Origin: a virus
DNA length: 64,000 nt
Reading direction: 5' to 3' (one strand)
Virus record (IMG/VR): IMGVR_UViG_3300044733_004754
Part shown: one piece after another, positions 9,406 through 19,513 of the stretch
How positions within the stretch are numbered: the stretch's first letter is position 1
Layout of the letters: every line of letters starts with the position of its first letter
Notes under the pieces: model-generated
Told to the model about the DNA's origin: nothing
Databases searched by the model: none
Seen by the model: the letters and a program-made list of their open reading frames with translations, nothing else
Made by a program: the position numbers and the translations under genes

Positions 9406-10140
9406 ATGCAAACATTCCAGCAATATAACGAAAGTCTTACAAAAGCAACACTTGAGTATCATCGTGTACTGAATCCAAAGTTTTGGGACGGTAAAGAACT
9501 AGATTCTCAAGTGCGCACTAAATTGCTTCAGATAGCTCGTGTTTGGGCCAAGTTTGCAAATATTGATAACAATAATATCGTTGATATTATTCTTACTGGT
9601 GGTAATGCAAATTACAACTACACTCGTCAATCTGATCTTGATGTTCATTTGGTTATTGATTATGAGAAAGTGAGCTGCGAAGGTGAGCTTGTAATGGACT
9701 ATTTCATGGCAAAAAAAGCTCTATGGGCGGCCAATCACTCCAATATAAAGGTGCTTGGCTACCCTGTCGAGCTGTTTGCAGAGGATAAGCGTGCGAAACA
9801 TCCTCAAGGCCAAGGTGTATTCTCTTTGCTAAAGAACAAATGGATTCAAGAGCCTAAGTTTACCAAAATGAACTTTTCAAAGAATACGTTGTTACTGCAA
9901 AAAGTTGAATTTTATATGAAACAAATAGACACTATGGTTAAGAGTAAGAATAGTGTTGAAGCAGCCAATGAACTAAAAGATAAGATCAGATCCATGCGTG
10001 GTGCTTCAATCCAGGCAGGTGGTGAATTCTCGTTTGAGAATTTAGTATTTAAAGAGTTGCGCAATCGTGGTTATTTGGATAAACTGTCTAATTACTTGAA
10101 GAAAAATCAAGAGCGCGAGCTGTCTTTGTTTAAAAAGTGA
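9406..10140 (+). CDS. Pol-beta-superfamily nucleotidyltransferase
   Basis: IILTGGNANYNY..SDLDVHL (hG[GS]x9-13DhD), later VELF. Confidence 0.8.
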   Translation: MQTFQQYNESLTKATLEYHRVLNPKFWDGKELDSQVRTKLLQIARVWAKFANIDNNNIVDIILTGGNANYNYTRQSDLDVHLVIDYEKVSCEGELVMDYFMAKKALWAANHSNIKVLGYPVELFAEDKRAKHPQGQGVFSLLKNKWIQEPKFTKMNFSKNTLLLQKVEFYMKQIDTMVKSKNSVEAANELKDKIRSMRGASIQAGGEFSFENLVFKELRNRGYLDKLSNYLKKNQERELSLFKK

Positions 10141-10167
10141 CTTGGTACCAGCGAGGTATCCTTAATT

Positions 10168-12864
10168 ATGAAGTTCTACACACACGTTTTCAAAGCGTTT
10201 GATAAGATTTATGTTCGTGGATATGAAGATGGCGTTCGTTTTCAGGACGTTGTTGAATATGACCCATATATTTTTACCGCTTCTTTGACCGGTCGTTCAG
10301 AGTATAAGACCCTAGCAGGCAGGCCCGTAGCTAAGCTCCACCTTGGGTCGATGCGCGATGCGGCTAGCTACATCAAGAACAACAAAGACGTGGCTGGTCA
10401 TGAGATGTATGGTTATGGTCCCGAATCATATCACTACCAGTACATCAACGACGCTTTCCCAGGGGAGGTTAACTATGATCCCTCGTTGATATCTGTTGTC
10501 ACGTTAGACATTGAAACAGATTCTGAAGGTGGATTTCCGAACATCAAAGAAGCAGATAAAGCACTAACAGCTATTACGATTCGTAAGAATCAACAAGCTG
10601 TTACGTTTGGACTCTTTCCGTACACACCAGAACTTGATTATGTCACATACGTCGAGTGCCGTAGTGAACGAGACATGATCGAAAGATTTCTCGCACTGTG
10701 GAGGACAGAGGAATGGATGCCTGATGTTGTTACAGGCTGGAACGTTGAGTTCTTCGATATTCCCTACCTGATCAACCGTATCACGCGGCTATTTGATGAA
10801 AAGGTTGCAAAAAGATTGTCGCCTTGGAATCTCTGGGAACAACGCCGTGATCCGAGCTCGGAAGACATGGCTGAGTACATGAATATTCCGGCTGGTATAT
10901 CCGTCCTGGACTACATGCAGTTGTACAAGAAGTTCTCGTTCACGAATCAAGAGTCCTTTAAACTTGACCATATTGCTTTTGTAGAGCTTGGTGAGCGTAA
11001 GTTGGATTTCAACGAACTTGGTTTTGAGACTCTCGATGAGTTCTACAAAGGTGATTTTCGTAACTATATTAATTACAACATTCGTGACGTTGATCTTGTA
11101 TACAAGCTAGATCAGAAGATGAAGTTCTTAGAGCAGGTATATGCTATTGCATACGACGGTAAGGTTAACTTCATCGACAGCTTGACCACAGTGAGTATGT
11201 GGGATGTTATCATCCACAACTATCTGATGGAGCGTAAGATTGTGATCCCGATAAAGAGCATTGGGAACAAACCTCGTCAGATCGAAGGTGCATATGTGAA
11301 AGACCCTCAGTGTGGAATACACGATTGGGTCGTATCATTTGACTTGAACAGTCTGTATCCACACCTGATCATGCAGTACAACATCTCACCTGAAACGATG
11401 CGTGGGCAGTTAATGCAATACGATCTCAGCGTCACATCGAAGAGTGTTGATATGTTTCTTGATGGTGAGCTAGATGTTGTGCGGGATGAGCAACAACGTA
11501 ATCAGCTTCGCGAAGATATCAAAAACGCAGTCAATGGGTTTGCTCCTAATTCGTCATCATCAAAACTGACTGACTACTTTTTGAACTTTGAGACCATTCG
11601 CGAACCACTAGAGAAGCATAACCTAACTATCGCACCGACTGGTTGTGTGTTCGACAAAACAACACGAGGATTTCTGCCTACTCTCATGGAGACCATGTAC
11701 AATGATCGGTCTTTGTGGAAGAAGCGAATGCTTGAGGCAAAGAAGGCGTATGAACAGACTCCTACACGAGAACTTTCAAACGAGATTGCAAGATGTCATA
11801 ACATGCAGCTCGCTAAAAAGATTCAGCTGAATAGTGCTTATGGCGCCTTGTCGAATCAGTTCTTTCGTTGGTTTGATAACAGGCTTGCGGAATCAATTAC
11901 AAAGTCTGGTCAGCTCTCTATTCGATGGATGGAGAAGAAGATCAATGCACAGTTAAACAAGATCCTCAGGACAGATAACGAGGACTTTGTGATTGCTATT
12001 GATACGGACTCGATGTATATCAAACTTGGTAAGTTTGTTGAGAAAACATATCCCGATCGCAATAAACCAATAACCGTTACATATATCGACAAAGTGTGTG
12101 CGGAATACTTTGAGCCTTTCATTGATAAAAGCTACCAAGAGCTTGCTGATTATGTTTCTGCATATGAGCAGAAAATGAAAATGAAACGAGAGGCCATTGC
12201 TGATAAAGGTCTTTGGACGGGAAAGAAACACTACATACTGAATGTTTATGATCTCGAGGGTGTTAGGTTTGCAGAACCTAAACTGAAAATTCAAGGTATC
12301 GAGTCTGTTCGTTCATCGACACCTGCAACCTGTCGTGAGCATCTCAAAGCAGCATTCTCTGTTATCATGAACGAAAACGAGTCCTCTCTACAAAAGTTTA
12401 TCAAAGACTATCGTAGAGTTTTCAAGACGTTGCCTTTTGAAGATATCGCTTTTCCTCGTAGCGTAAGAGGGATGTTGAAAAGTGATCAGTTTGATAAGAA
12501 GACAAAAAAGCTCATACAGAAATCCTATAACACAGGAACGATGAATTTCTTACTGGGCACACCGATCCACGTCAAAGGATCGTTGATGTATAACCATCTT
12601 ATCCATCTCAAGAATCTTGAAACTAAGTATATGCCTATTGGTGAAGGTGAGAAGATTAAGTTCTGTTATCTGCTTGACTCCTCACCCCTACCGACAAATG
12701 TTATCGCTGCACCAGGAAAGCTACCTAAAGAGCTTGGACTAAACAAATTCCTCGATTACGATACGCAGTTCGACAAATCATTTATGGAACCATTGCGTAC
12801 AATCATGGAAGCAATTGGATGGAAGGAAGAAAATGAACAACAAAGCCTCGATCAGTTCTTTTGA
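10168..12864 (+). CDS. gp43: family B DNA polymerase
   Basis: DIET exonuclease, SFDLNSLYP, KIQLNSAYG, DTDS. Confidence 0.98.
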   Translation: MKFYTHVFKAFDKIYVRGYEDGVRFQDVVEYDPYIFTASLTGRSEYKTLAGRPVAKLHLGSMRDAASYIKNNKDVAGHEMYGYGPESYHYQYINDAFPGEVNYDPSLISVVTLDIETDSEGGFPNIKEADKALTAITIRKNQQAVTFGLFPYTPELDYVTYVECRSERDMIERFLALWRTEEWMPDVVTGWNVEFFDIPYLINRITRLFDEKVAKRLSPWNLWEQRRDPSSEDMAEYMNIPAGISVLDYMQLYKKFSFTNQESFKLDHIAFVELGERKLDFNELGFETLDEFYKGDFRNYINYNIRDVDLVYKLDQKMKFLEQVYAIAYDGKVNFIDSLTTVSMWDVIIHNYLMERKIVIPIKSIGNKPRQIEGAYVKDPQCGIHDWVVSFDLNSLYPHLIMQYNISPETMRGQLMQYDLSVTSKSVDMFLDGELDVVRDEQQRNQLREDIKNAVNGFAPNSSSSKLTDYFLNFETIREPLEKHNLTIAPTGCVFDKTTRGFLPTLMETMYNDRSLWKKRMLEAKKAYEQTPTRELSNEIARCHNMQLAKKIQLNSAYGALSNQFFRWFDNRLAESITKSGQLSIRWMEKKINAQLNKILRTDNEDFVIAIDTDSMYIKLGKFVEKTYPDRNKPITVTYIDKVCAEYFEPFIDKSYQELADYVSAYEQKMKMKREAIADKGLWTGKKHYILNVYDLEGVRFAEPKLKIQGIESVRSSTPATCREHLKAAFSVIMNENESSLQKFIKDYRRVFKTLPFEDIAFPRSVRGMLKSDQFDKKTKKLIQKSYNTGTMNFLLGTPIHVKGSLMYNHLIHLKNLETKYMPIGEGEKIKFCYLLDSSPLPTNVIAAPGKLPKELGLNKFLDYDTQFDKSFMEPLRTIMEAIGWKEENEQQSLDQFF

Positions 12865-13123
12865 TGATGATTTTGGTTTTACCTTTGCTGATGAAAGTAC
12901 AATTAGACAAGATCACTTAATCGAAGCTGCTGCTGATCTTAACAATGAGTTGACTGACAAAATACAACAGATGTATGATGCGATAATCCCTCTGTTAAAA
13001 AACTTAAATAAGAATCCTGAACAAGATATTATTAAGTGGCCTAACAGGCAAGAAAAGATTGCTCAGTTTAAAATGAAACTAGATCAAATAGGTGGAGATT
13101 ATATTAAGGTGAAAAAACTATGA
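12833..13123 (+). CDS. conserved hypothetical protein
   Basis: DDFGFTF...PLLKNLNKNPE..IKWPNR. Confidence 0.7.
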   Translation: MNNKASISSFDDDFGFTFADESTIRQDHLIEAAADLNNELTDKIQQMYDAIIPLLKNLNKNPEQDIIKWPNRQEKIAQFKMKLDQIGGDYIKVKKL

Positions 13124-13305
13124 ATGATTTTGAAGTGCATCAACGAGGAACGGCTGAGGAGCTACGTCGTTCACGTGACCTAGCTAATACTATCGAGCAG
13201 CTCATTGTTCAATATGGGGAAGGTATTGTTCCACATACTATCCTTCAAAAATATAAAGAGCTTAGACAAATATATGCAAGACATATCGCAAGCGAGGAGT
13301 GTTAA
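13120..13305 (+). CDS. hypothetical protein
   Basis: ATGA/TAATG coupling to both neighbours. Confidence 0.65.
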   Translation: MNDFEVHQRGTAEELRRSRDLANTIEQLIVQYGEGIVPHTILQKYKELRQIYARHIASEEC

Positions 13306-14333
13306 TGAGTGAATTTTTACGTGATCTGATTAAGGAACTTAAAGATGAAGACACTTCTTTGGCCTCTGACGGCTCTGGTAGTGCTGAGTTTGGGGGTTTT
13401 ATTGATACTGGTAGCTACATTCTCAACGCTGTTCTCTCGGGTAGCCTCTATGGTGGCGTACCTGATAATAAAGTTACTGCATTTGCAGGCGAGTCCGCTA
13501 CTGGTAAGACTTACTTCGTTCTTGGGGTCGTCAGGAGTTTCCTCGACAAACATCCCAAAGGAGCAGTCGTCTACTACGACACAGAAGCAGCCGTAACAAA
13601 GCATATGATGGAGGAGCGTGGTATTGACACGTCTCGTGTTATCATTGCTGAGCCTGATACCATTCAGAAGTTTAAAACCCATGCATTGAAATTGCTCGAT
13701 GCATACGAACAAAAAGAAGAAGCATCACGTCCACCGATGATGTTTGTGTTGGATAGCTTGGGAATGCTTTCTACTTCCAAAGAGATGGAAGATAGTCTCG
13801 AAGGTAAAGATACCAGAGACATGACTAAAGCACAGATTATTAAAGCAGCTTTTAGAGTGTTGACTCTTAAACTAGCGAAGGTGAGAATCCCTCTGCTTGT
13901 AACTAATCACGTCTATGAACTCGTCGGTTCATACGTGCCAACAAAGGAGCTCGGTGGTGGAACAGGACTTAAATATGCGGCTAGCACTATTGCTATGCTC
14001 TCCAAACGTAAGGAAAAAGATGGCACTGACGTCGTCGGAAACATTGTCAAGATCAAAATGTACAAATCCCGACTTTCAAAAGAAAACAGTCAAGCAGAAG
14101 TGTTACTTACTTACGCCAAAGGACTTGACAGGTACTACGGTCTCCTTGAGCTAGCAGAGAAGTACGGAGTATTTAAAAAGGTGTCTACACGATATCAACT
14201 ACCAGACGGTACGAGTGCCTTTGGTAAAAATATTAATGAAGACCCAGAAAAATATTATACTGATGAAGTGATGAAGCTGCTGGAAGCAGCAGCACAACAA
14301 GAATTTAAATATGGAGTGAATACAAATGAGTGA
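13305..14333 (+). CDS. uvsX: RecA-like recombinase
   Basis: IDTGSYILN, GESATGKT, LDSLGML, GGGTGLKYAAS. Confidence 0.96.
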   Translation: MSEFLRDLIKELKDEDTSLASDGSGSAEFGGFIDTGSYILNAVLSGSLYGGVPDNKVTAFAGESATGKTYFVLGVVRSFLDKHPKGAVVYYDTEAAVTKHMMEERGIDTSRVIIAEPDTIQKFKTHALKLLDAYEQKEEASRPPMMFVLDSLGMLSTSKEMEDSLEGKDTRDMTKAQIIKAAFRVLTLKLAKVRIPLLVTNHVYELVGSYVPTKELGGGTGLKYAASTIAMLSKRKEKDGTDVVGNIVKIKMYKSRLSKENSQAEVLLTYAKGLDRYYGLLELAEKYGVFKKVSTRYQLPDGTSAFGKNINEDPEKYYTDEVMKLLEAAAQQEFKYGVNTNE

Positions 14334-14982
14334 AAATGCCCTTGTCCCAGCAGAATCTGCTTCTTACACAGCAGCTACCACGGAGTTTAATAAGCTGAAT
14401 TATCAGCCTATTTTTCCGACTCTTATTACAACGGTCAAATTGGATCTTCCTGTTGCTGAAATGAAGGCCGGTCTCCTTCAGCTTGCAGGTGAATCACAAA
14501 ACTACGAAGGTGGGTTTACTACGTTCTTTAATCGTCAAGAGCTAGATCATGTTTCGGGAATCAAGCAGCTTAAAGAAGCCATCTATGGCATTGCCTGTGC
14601 ATTTGGGCGAGAATTGAAATACGAATGCAATTACGATAAATGTTCTATCCAACTCTGGGTTAATGTTATGAGGAAAGGTGGCTATCACCCACCTCATAAC
14701 CATGCACGTTCCACCTTCTCTGGGACGTATTATGCAGAGGTGAATGATAACATGAGTCCTTTCGTGTTTTTTAACCCAACGAAAGACCTACGTATGCATG
14801 ATCCAGTTGTACGGCCAGAAGATGCTGGTCCGTTTACTTCCGAGCAGATGATCATCAAACCAGAAACCGGATCTCTTTCCATGTGGCCGTCGTGGTTGTA
14901 TCATCACGTACCACAAATGAATGTAGATGGTCCACGTGTTTCACTTTCCTTCAATGTAGATTTTCTTCCGCCAGGAGCATAA
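14326..14982 (+). CDS. 2OG-Fe(II) oxygenase (TIGR02466-like)
   Basis: WVN, HNH..SGTYY, WPSWLYHHV, RVSLSFN. Confidence 0.85.
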   Translation: MSENALVPAESASYTAATTEFNKLNYQPIFPTLITTVKLDLPVAEMKAGLLQLAGESQNYEGGFTTFFNRQELDHVSGIKQLKEAIYGIACAFGRELKYECNYDKCSIQLWVNVMRKGGYHPPHNHARSTFSGTYYAEVNDNMSPFVFFNPTKDLRMHDPVVRPEDAGPFTSEQMIIKPETGSLSMWPSWLYHHVPQMNVDGPRVSLSFNVDFLPPGA

Positions 14983-16353
14983 ATGGTTGTTGAAGATTTG
15001 ATCTTTAGTAATCTGATCTTCAATGAAGGGTATGGTCGAAAGGTCATACCCTTTTTAGTTCACGATTACTTTAGCAGTAGAATTGATAAAGAAATCTTCA
15101 AAGCGATCACTGGTTATGTTGATCGTTTTAATAGCTTTCCGAATCAGGTAGCTCTATCGATTGAACTTGAGAACGCTCGCACTCTCAGTCAAGACGAGTT
15201 TGTTCAAGCTAAACAAAAAATCGACACATATTGTGATCAGCAGAACGATGTTGATTGGTTAGTTGACCAGACAGAAAAGTTTTGCAAGGATCGAGCGATC
15301 TATAATGCTATTTCTGAATCAATAAAGATTCTTGACGATAAGTCGGGTAAAACGAATCCAAATTCCATTCCTTCGCTGCTTGAACAAGCTCTGTCTGTTT
15401 CATTTGATACTCAGATCGGTCATGACTTCTTTGATGACGTTGATCAACGGTATGAGTTCTATCACAAAAAAGAAGAGCGTATTCCTTTCGATATTGATTT
15501 TCTCAATAAGATATCCAAGGGCGGATTGCCCCGCAAAACATTAAATGTAGCGCTTGCAGGCACTGGCGTTGGTAAATCACTTTTTATGTGTCATTGTGCT
15601 GCTGCCAATATTGTTCAGGGCAAGAATGTTCTTTACATTACGATGGAAATGGCTGAAGAAAGAATTGCCGAACGTATTGATGCAAATCTCATGAACGTGA
15701 CAGTTGATGATCTTGCGTTATTACCCAGAGACGCTTTTGAAAAGAAGATAGAGAGGGTGAAAGAAAAGACTGTAGGAAAGCTGATAATCAAGGAATACCC
15801 AACATCATCAGCAGGTGCTGCAAACTTTCGACATCTACTCAATGAACTTAGTTTAAAGAAGAAATTCAAGCCCGACATAATTTACATTGACTATCTTAAC
15901 ATATGTGCATCAAGTCGTCTTAAACAATCCGCTAACGTCAATTCATATACATATGTAAAAGCTATCGCTGAAGAGATTAGAGGACTAGCTGTTGAGTTTA
16001 ATGTGCCTATTGTGTCCGCAACGCAGACAAATAGAGCTGGATATTCAAGCTCTGATGTAGGTCTTGAAAATACATCCGAATCGTTTGGCTTACCAGCAAC
16101 AGTAGATATGATGTTTGCTATAATTTCATCCGAGGAACTGGAAGACTTGAACCAACTTATGTTTAAACAATTGAAAAACAGATATGCGGATCCTTCCAAG
16201 TTTCGTAAGTTTGTCGTAGGCGTAGACAGAGCGAAGATGAAGCTCTACGACGTCGAACAATCAGCACAAGATGATCTTATGCCAGATACTGCGTTGTTCG
16301 ATAAAGACACCAATCGAAAATTTACTAAAGATATATTTAAAGGATTTAGTTGA
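14983..16353 (+). CDS. gp41: replicative helicase
   Basis: AGTGVGKS, YITMEMAEE, DYLNI, SATQTNR, SESFGLP. Confidence 0.97.
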   Translation: MVVEDLIFSNLIFNEGYGRKVIPFLVHDYFSSRIDKEIFKAITGYVDRFNSFPNQVALSIELENARTLSQDEFVQAKQKIDTYCDQQNDVDWLVDQTEKFCKDRAIYNAISESIKILDDKSGKTNPNSIPSLLEQALSVSFDTQIGHDFFDDVDQRYEFYHKKEERIPFDIDFLNKISKGGLPRKTLNVALAGTGVGKSLFMCHCAAANIVQGKNVLYITMEMAEERIAERIDANLMNVTVDDLALLPRDAFEKKIERVKEKTVGKLIIKEYPTSSAGAANFRHLLNELSLKKKFKPDIIYIDYLNICASSRLKQSANVNSYTYVKAIAEEIRGLAVEFNVPIVSATQTNRAGYSSSDVGLENTSESFGLPATVDMMFAIISSEELEDLNQLMFKQLKNRYADPSKFRKFVVGVDRAKMKLYDVEQSAQDDLMPDTALFDKDTNRKFTKDIFKGFS

Positions 16354-16532
16354 TGCTCCCCACACAATTCATCTTGTGGTTGATTATATTTCCACTTGTT
16401 GTTTGTGGCTTTTTAATAAACACTTCAGTAAGGGCATTCATATTTTTATTTAACTGTCCGTTTGATACATGGCGGTACATAGGAAAGAGTTTAGATGAAA
16501 TACAGCTAGAAGAAAAAAATAGAAGAGAATGA
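16350..16532 (+). CDS. small membrane protein
   Basis: Hydrophobic N-terminus; overlaps neighbours. Confidence 0.5.
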   Translation: MMLPTQFILWLIIFPLVVCGFLINTSVRAFIFLFNCPFDTWRYIGKSLDEIQLEEKNRRE

Positions 16533-16975
16533 AAGTATTAGTAACCGGCTCCAAAGACCCCTATCTTGAACAGGAAATACTTGCAGCGTCAAGATTCTTT
16601 GGAAAAGAGCTTCTATCAAAACAATTAATAAAACATATACATCTTGAAATCATAGTTGTATCGACCAGTCCTGATCTCGGTAACTGTTGCATTACGTATT
16701 ATAATGATTGGTACAAAGCACGTGAATTTGAGATCCAACTTAAACGAAAGAAATCTACTGACAGTATGATACAAACCCTCGCTCATGAAATGGTACATCT
16801 CAAACAATTTGCAATGGGTGAGCTTAACGATGAACATACAAAGTGGAAAAGCGTGCCAATAGATTCTAACAAATTGGAATACCACGATTTACCTTGGGAA
16901 GTAGAGGCTTCTTCGCTTGAATATATACTATTCTCTATGTACCAAGAATACAAACAGCATTTACTTAGGAGTTAA
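16529..16975 (+). CDS. HExxH metallopeptidase-like protein
   Basis: TLAHEMVHLKQ, PWEVEA. Confidence 0.8.
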   Translation: MKVLVTGSKDPYLEQEILAASRFFGKELLSKQLIKHIHLEIIVVSTSPDLGNCCITYYNDWYKAREFEIQLKRKKSTDSMIQTLAHEMVHLKQFAMGELNDEHTKWKSVPIDSNKLEYHDLPWEVEASSLEYILFSMYQEYKQHLLRS

Positions 16976-16976
16976 C

Positions 16977-17558
16977 ATGGATAAAGCAACAATAGCCTCA
17001 GCATTTACACGGTATGGAACTGATAAGGGTCCAAGACGACACAATTATCAGACTGCATATGCAAGTATTTTCAGTGATTGGACACCAGAATCATTACTTG
17101 AGATAGGTGTATGGGAAGGAGCTTCATTAGCTGCTTGGAAAGACTTGTTCCCCGAGGCCACACTTGCTGGTATTGAATTGAGACGGTATGAAACTATGGA
17201 GGCTGCCGCAAATATACCTATGTTCCATGGTAACTCGACGAGTAAAGAATTTATTGATTCGGTTGTCACAACACAATATGATGTCATTATTGATGATGGC
17301 GATCATCGTCCTGATGTTATGTGGAAAACATTCCTCAATCTTGAGGATAAATGGAAAAAATATTACATATTTGAAGACGTGTGTTTGGAAGAAAATGAAA
17401 AACTTCTACGCAGACGACTGCTTAGTAGAGGATATCGCAACATTAATACATTCACCTCCTCATTTAATGATCCAAAGACAAATCTTCGTGGATGGGTGCA
17501 GGTTCAAGGTGAGAAGGTATATCCGCCGTTTTATATTACGATTGTGTCGAGGGAATGA
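16977..17558 (+). CDS. SAM-dependent methyltransferase
   Basis: GTDK..HNY, LLEIGVWEGASL, IIDDGDH; AGGAG RBS. Confidence 0.85.
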   Translation: MDKATIASAFTRYGTDKGPRRHNYQTAYASIFSDWTPESLLEIGVWEGASLAAWKDLFPEATLAGIELRRYETMEAAANIPMFHGNSTSKEFIDSVVTTQYDVIIDDGDHRPDVMWKTFLNLEDKWKKYYIFEDVCLEENEKLLRRRLLSRGYRNINTFTSSFNDPKTNLRGWVQVQGEKVYPPFYITIVSRE

Positions 17559-18359
17559 TTGATAGATATACAGTGGAAAGGGAAAGTGGGGTATGGCGAT
17601 ATCGTATCCCCCATTTGTTATGCACACAATATTTCAAACAAACTTCAAGTACCAGTCAATTTAACATTTCGTTGGGCACATGGATCTGACCATAAGATCC
17701 ACCCTCATGATCCTGAAACCTTATGGGAACGTGCATCATATATTGAGCGTGCTTGTTACAAAGGAAGCACACAGGTAAGTGTTTTTCATAAATTTAAAAA
17801 TCCTCTCGATATAAATCATACTAACTATGATTGGGAGGTTGTTGGTAAAGATCCTTTGCATAACTATTGGTTTCCGACAAAACCAAACAGAACACAAAGC
17901 AATCTTATTGTTGTGAATTCAACACAGGGCAATTCACAGTCTTTAAAAGAATATGGCAAAGAATGGAAAGATCCTGCTGCACCCTTTTGGCCCAAAATTA
18001 TTGAACGAATACAACAAAGAGGATTTGAAGTAGAGGTGGTGGATTATAGAACATCGGTTCATCACCTAATAAATATTTTAAGACAAGCAAAAGGGTTTGT
18101 TGGATATCATGGTACCGCTGCTTGGCCCGCGAAGTTTATGCATGTGCCGAGTGTTCTTTTTGCTGACGGTGGTTCTTTGACGTCAAGATCTTTTTGCTAC
18201 GCTTTTGTAGAGAGACATGCGTCGCGCTGGAAAGAAGTAGTAGACAATCTCGATTCTTACTTGTCATATTCCCAGCAGAAGATTGAAGAAACAAAAAAAG
18301 CATATAAAACATATATGCCTAGTAAAAAATTTTTAGGACATCTTGTTTATGGGTTTTAA
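17559..18359 (+). CDS. putative glycosyltransferase
   Basis: GYGD N-terminal loop, FVGYHG..W; GT/MT cluster context. Confidence 0.5.
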   Translation: MIDIQWKGKVGYGDIVSPICYAHNISNKLQVPVNLTFRWAHGSDHKIHPHDPETLWERASYIERACYKGSTQVSVFHKFKNPLDINHTNYDWEVVGKDPLHNYWFPTKPNRTQSNLIVVNSTQGNSQSLKEYGKEWKDPAAPFWPKIIERIQQRGFEVEVVDYRTSVHHLINILRQAKGFVGYHGTAAWPAKFMHVPSVLFADGGSLTSRSFCYAFVERHASRWKEVVDNLDSYLSYSQQKIEETKKAYKTYMPSKKFLGHLVYGF

Positions 18360-19035
18360 TGTCTACATAGGTTACGATGAACGTGAGGATATAGCGGCAC
18401 AGGTGTGCAAGTTCTCTATTACATCGCGCTGTTCTCAACCAGTCGATGTTAATTTTCTAAAAAGCAAAGATATACCTGAATTCACAAGACCGCGAGAACC
18501 TCAACAGTCAACGGATTTTACCTATACCCGGTTTTTAATTCCGTATTTACAAGATTATCTACCTGGGTTTTCTATCTTCTGCGATTGTGACTTTCTTTTC
18601 CTAGTAGACATAGAAGACCTGATACAAAATATTGACCCGAATATGGCTATCAGTGTATGTAAACATCCAGCATATATTCCACGTTCAGCAATCAAAATGG
18701 ACGGTGTTGTCCAGCATACTATGCTACGAAAAAATTGGGCCAGTTTAATTGTGTTTAACAATGCGCATCCATCGAATCAATTACTTACCCCAGGATATAT
18801 AAACACAGTCACACCGGGACGTAAACTTCATCTGCTTGATTGGTTGAAAGATGATGAGATAGGAAGTATTCCATTGAACTGGAATGTGTTGGATGATTAC
18901 TACCATCTCACTGATCTGAAGGCAATCCATTATACCGATGGTGGGCCTTGGTTTGATAATTATCGAAACACGATGTATTCACATTATTGGATGAAAGAGT
19001 ATGACACCTTCCAAAGAACTACAAGCAAGTATTGA
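18349..19035 (+). CDS. glycosyltransferase (GT8-like)
   Basis: IGYDERE, STDFTYTRF, DCDF, RKNWAS, HYTDGGPW. Confidence 0.85.
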   Translation: MGFNVYIGYDEREDIAAQVCKFSITSRCSQPVDVNFLKSKDIPEFTRPREPQQSTDFTYTRFLIPYLQDYLPGFSIFCDCDFLFLVDIEDLIQNIDPNMAISVCKHPAYIPRSAIKMDGVVQHTMLRKNWASLIVFNNAHPSNQLLTPGYINTVTPGRKLHLLDWLKDDEIGSIPLNWNVLDDYYHLTDLKAIHYTDGGPWFDNYRNTMYSHYWMKEYDTFQRTTSKY

Positions 19036-19513
19036 TATACATAAGCAGTTTGTTGAAGAACGTTCCAGTATGTTCAGAGGATATTCAATACTCCCATATG
19101 TACCTGAACTAATGAGCCTCATTCGCAACTCAAACATATCTTCCTGTTTAGATTATGGGTGTGGTCGTGGTGAGGCATGGGAGCTACATAACTTAAAAAA
19201 ACTTTTTGATTTGAAAGATCTTTATCTCTATGATCCGACCATAGCAGAATTTCAGAATCGTCCCAATAATCAAGTTGATCTTGTCATATGTATTGATGTG
19301 ATGGAACACGTACCAGAGCATTGTGTTGAGGAAGTTTTGGATGATGTAGCTTTCTTTGCTAAAAAAGCCATATTTTTCAATATTTCAACTAGACCCGCAG
19401 CGAAAGTATTACCAAACGGATCAAACGCGCATCAAACAGTACGACCCCGTGAGTGGTGGCAGGAAAAGATCAACACGATGAACAAACTTGTTATCACGTA
19501 TTATTCCTCATGA
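19001..19513 (+). CDS. SAM-dependent methyltransferase
   Basis: LDYGCGRG, DLVICIDVMEHVP. Confidence 0.88.
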   Translation: MTPSKELQASIDIHKQFVEERSSMFRGYSILPYVPELMSLIRNSNISSCLDYGCGRGEAWELHNLKKLFDLKDLYLYDPTIAEFQNRPNNQVDLVICIDVMEHVPEHCVEEVLDDVAFFAKKAIFFNISTRPAAKVLPNGSNAHQTVRPREWWQEKINTMNKLVITYYSS

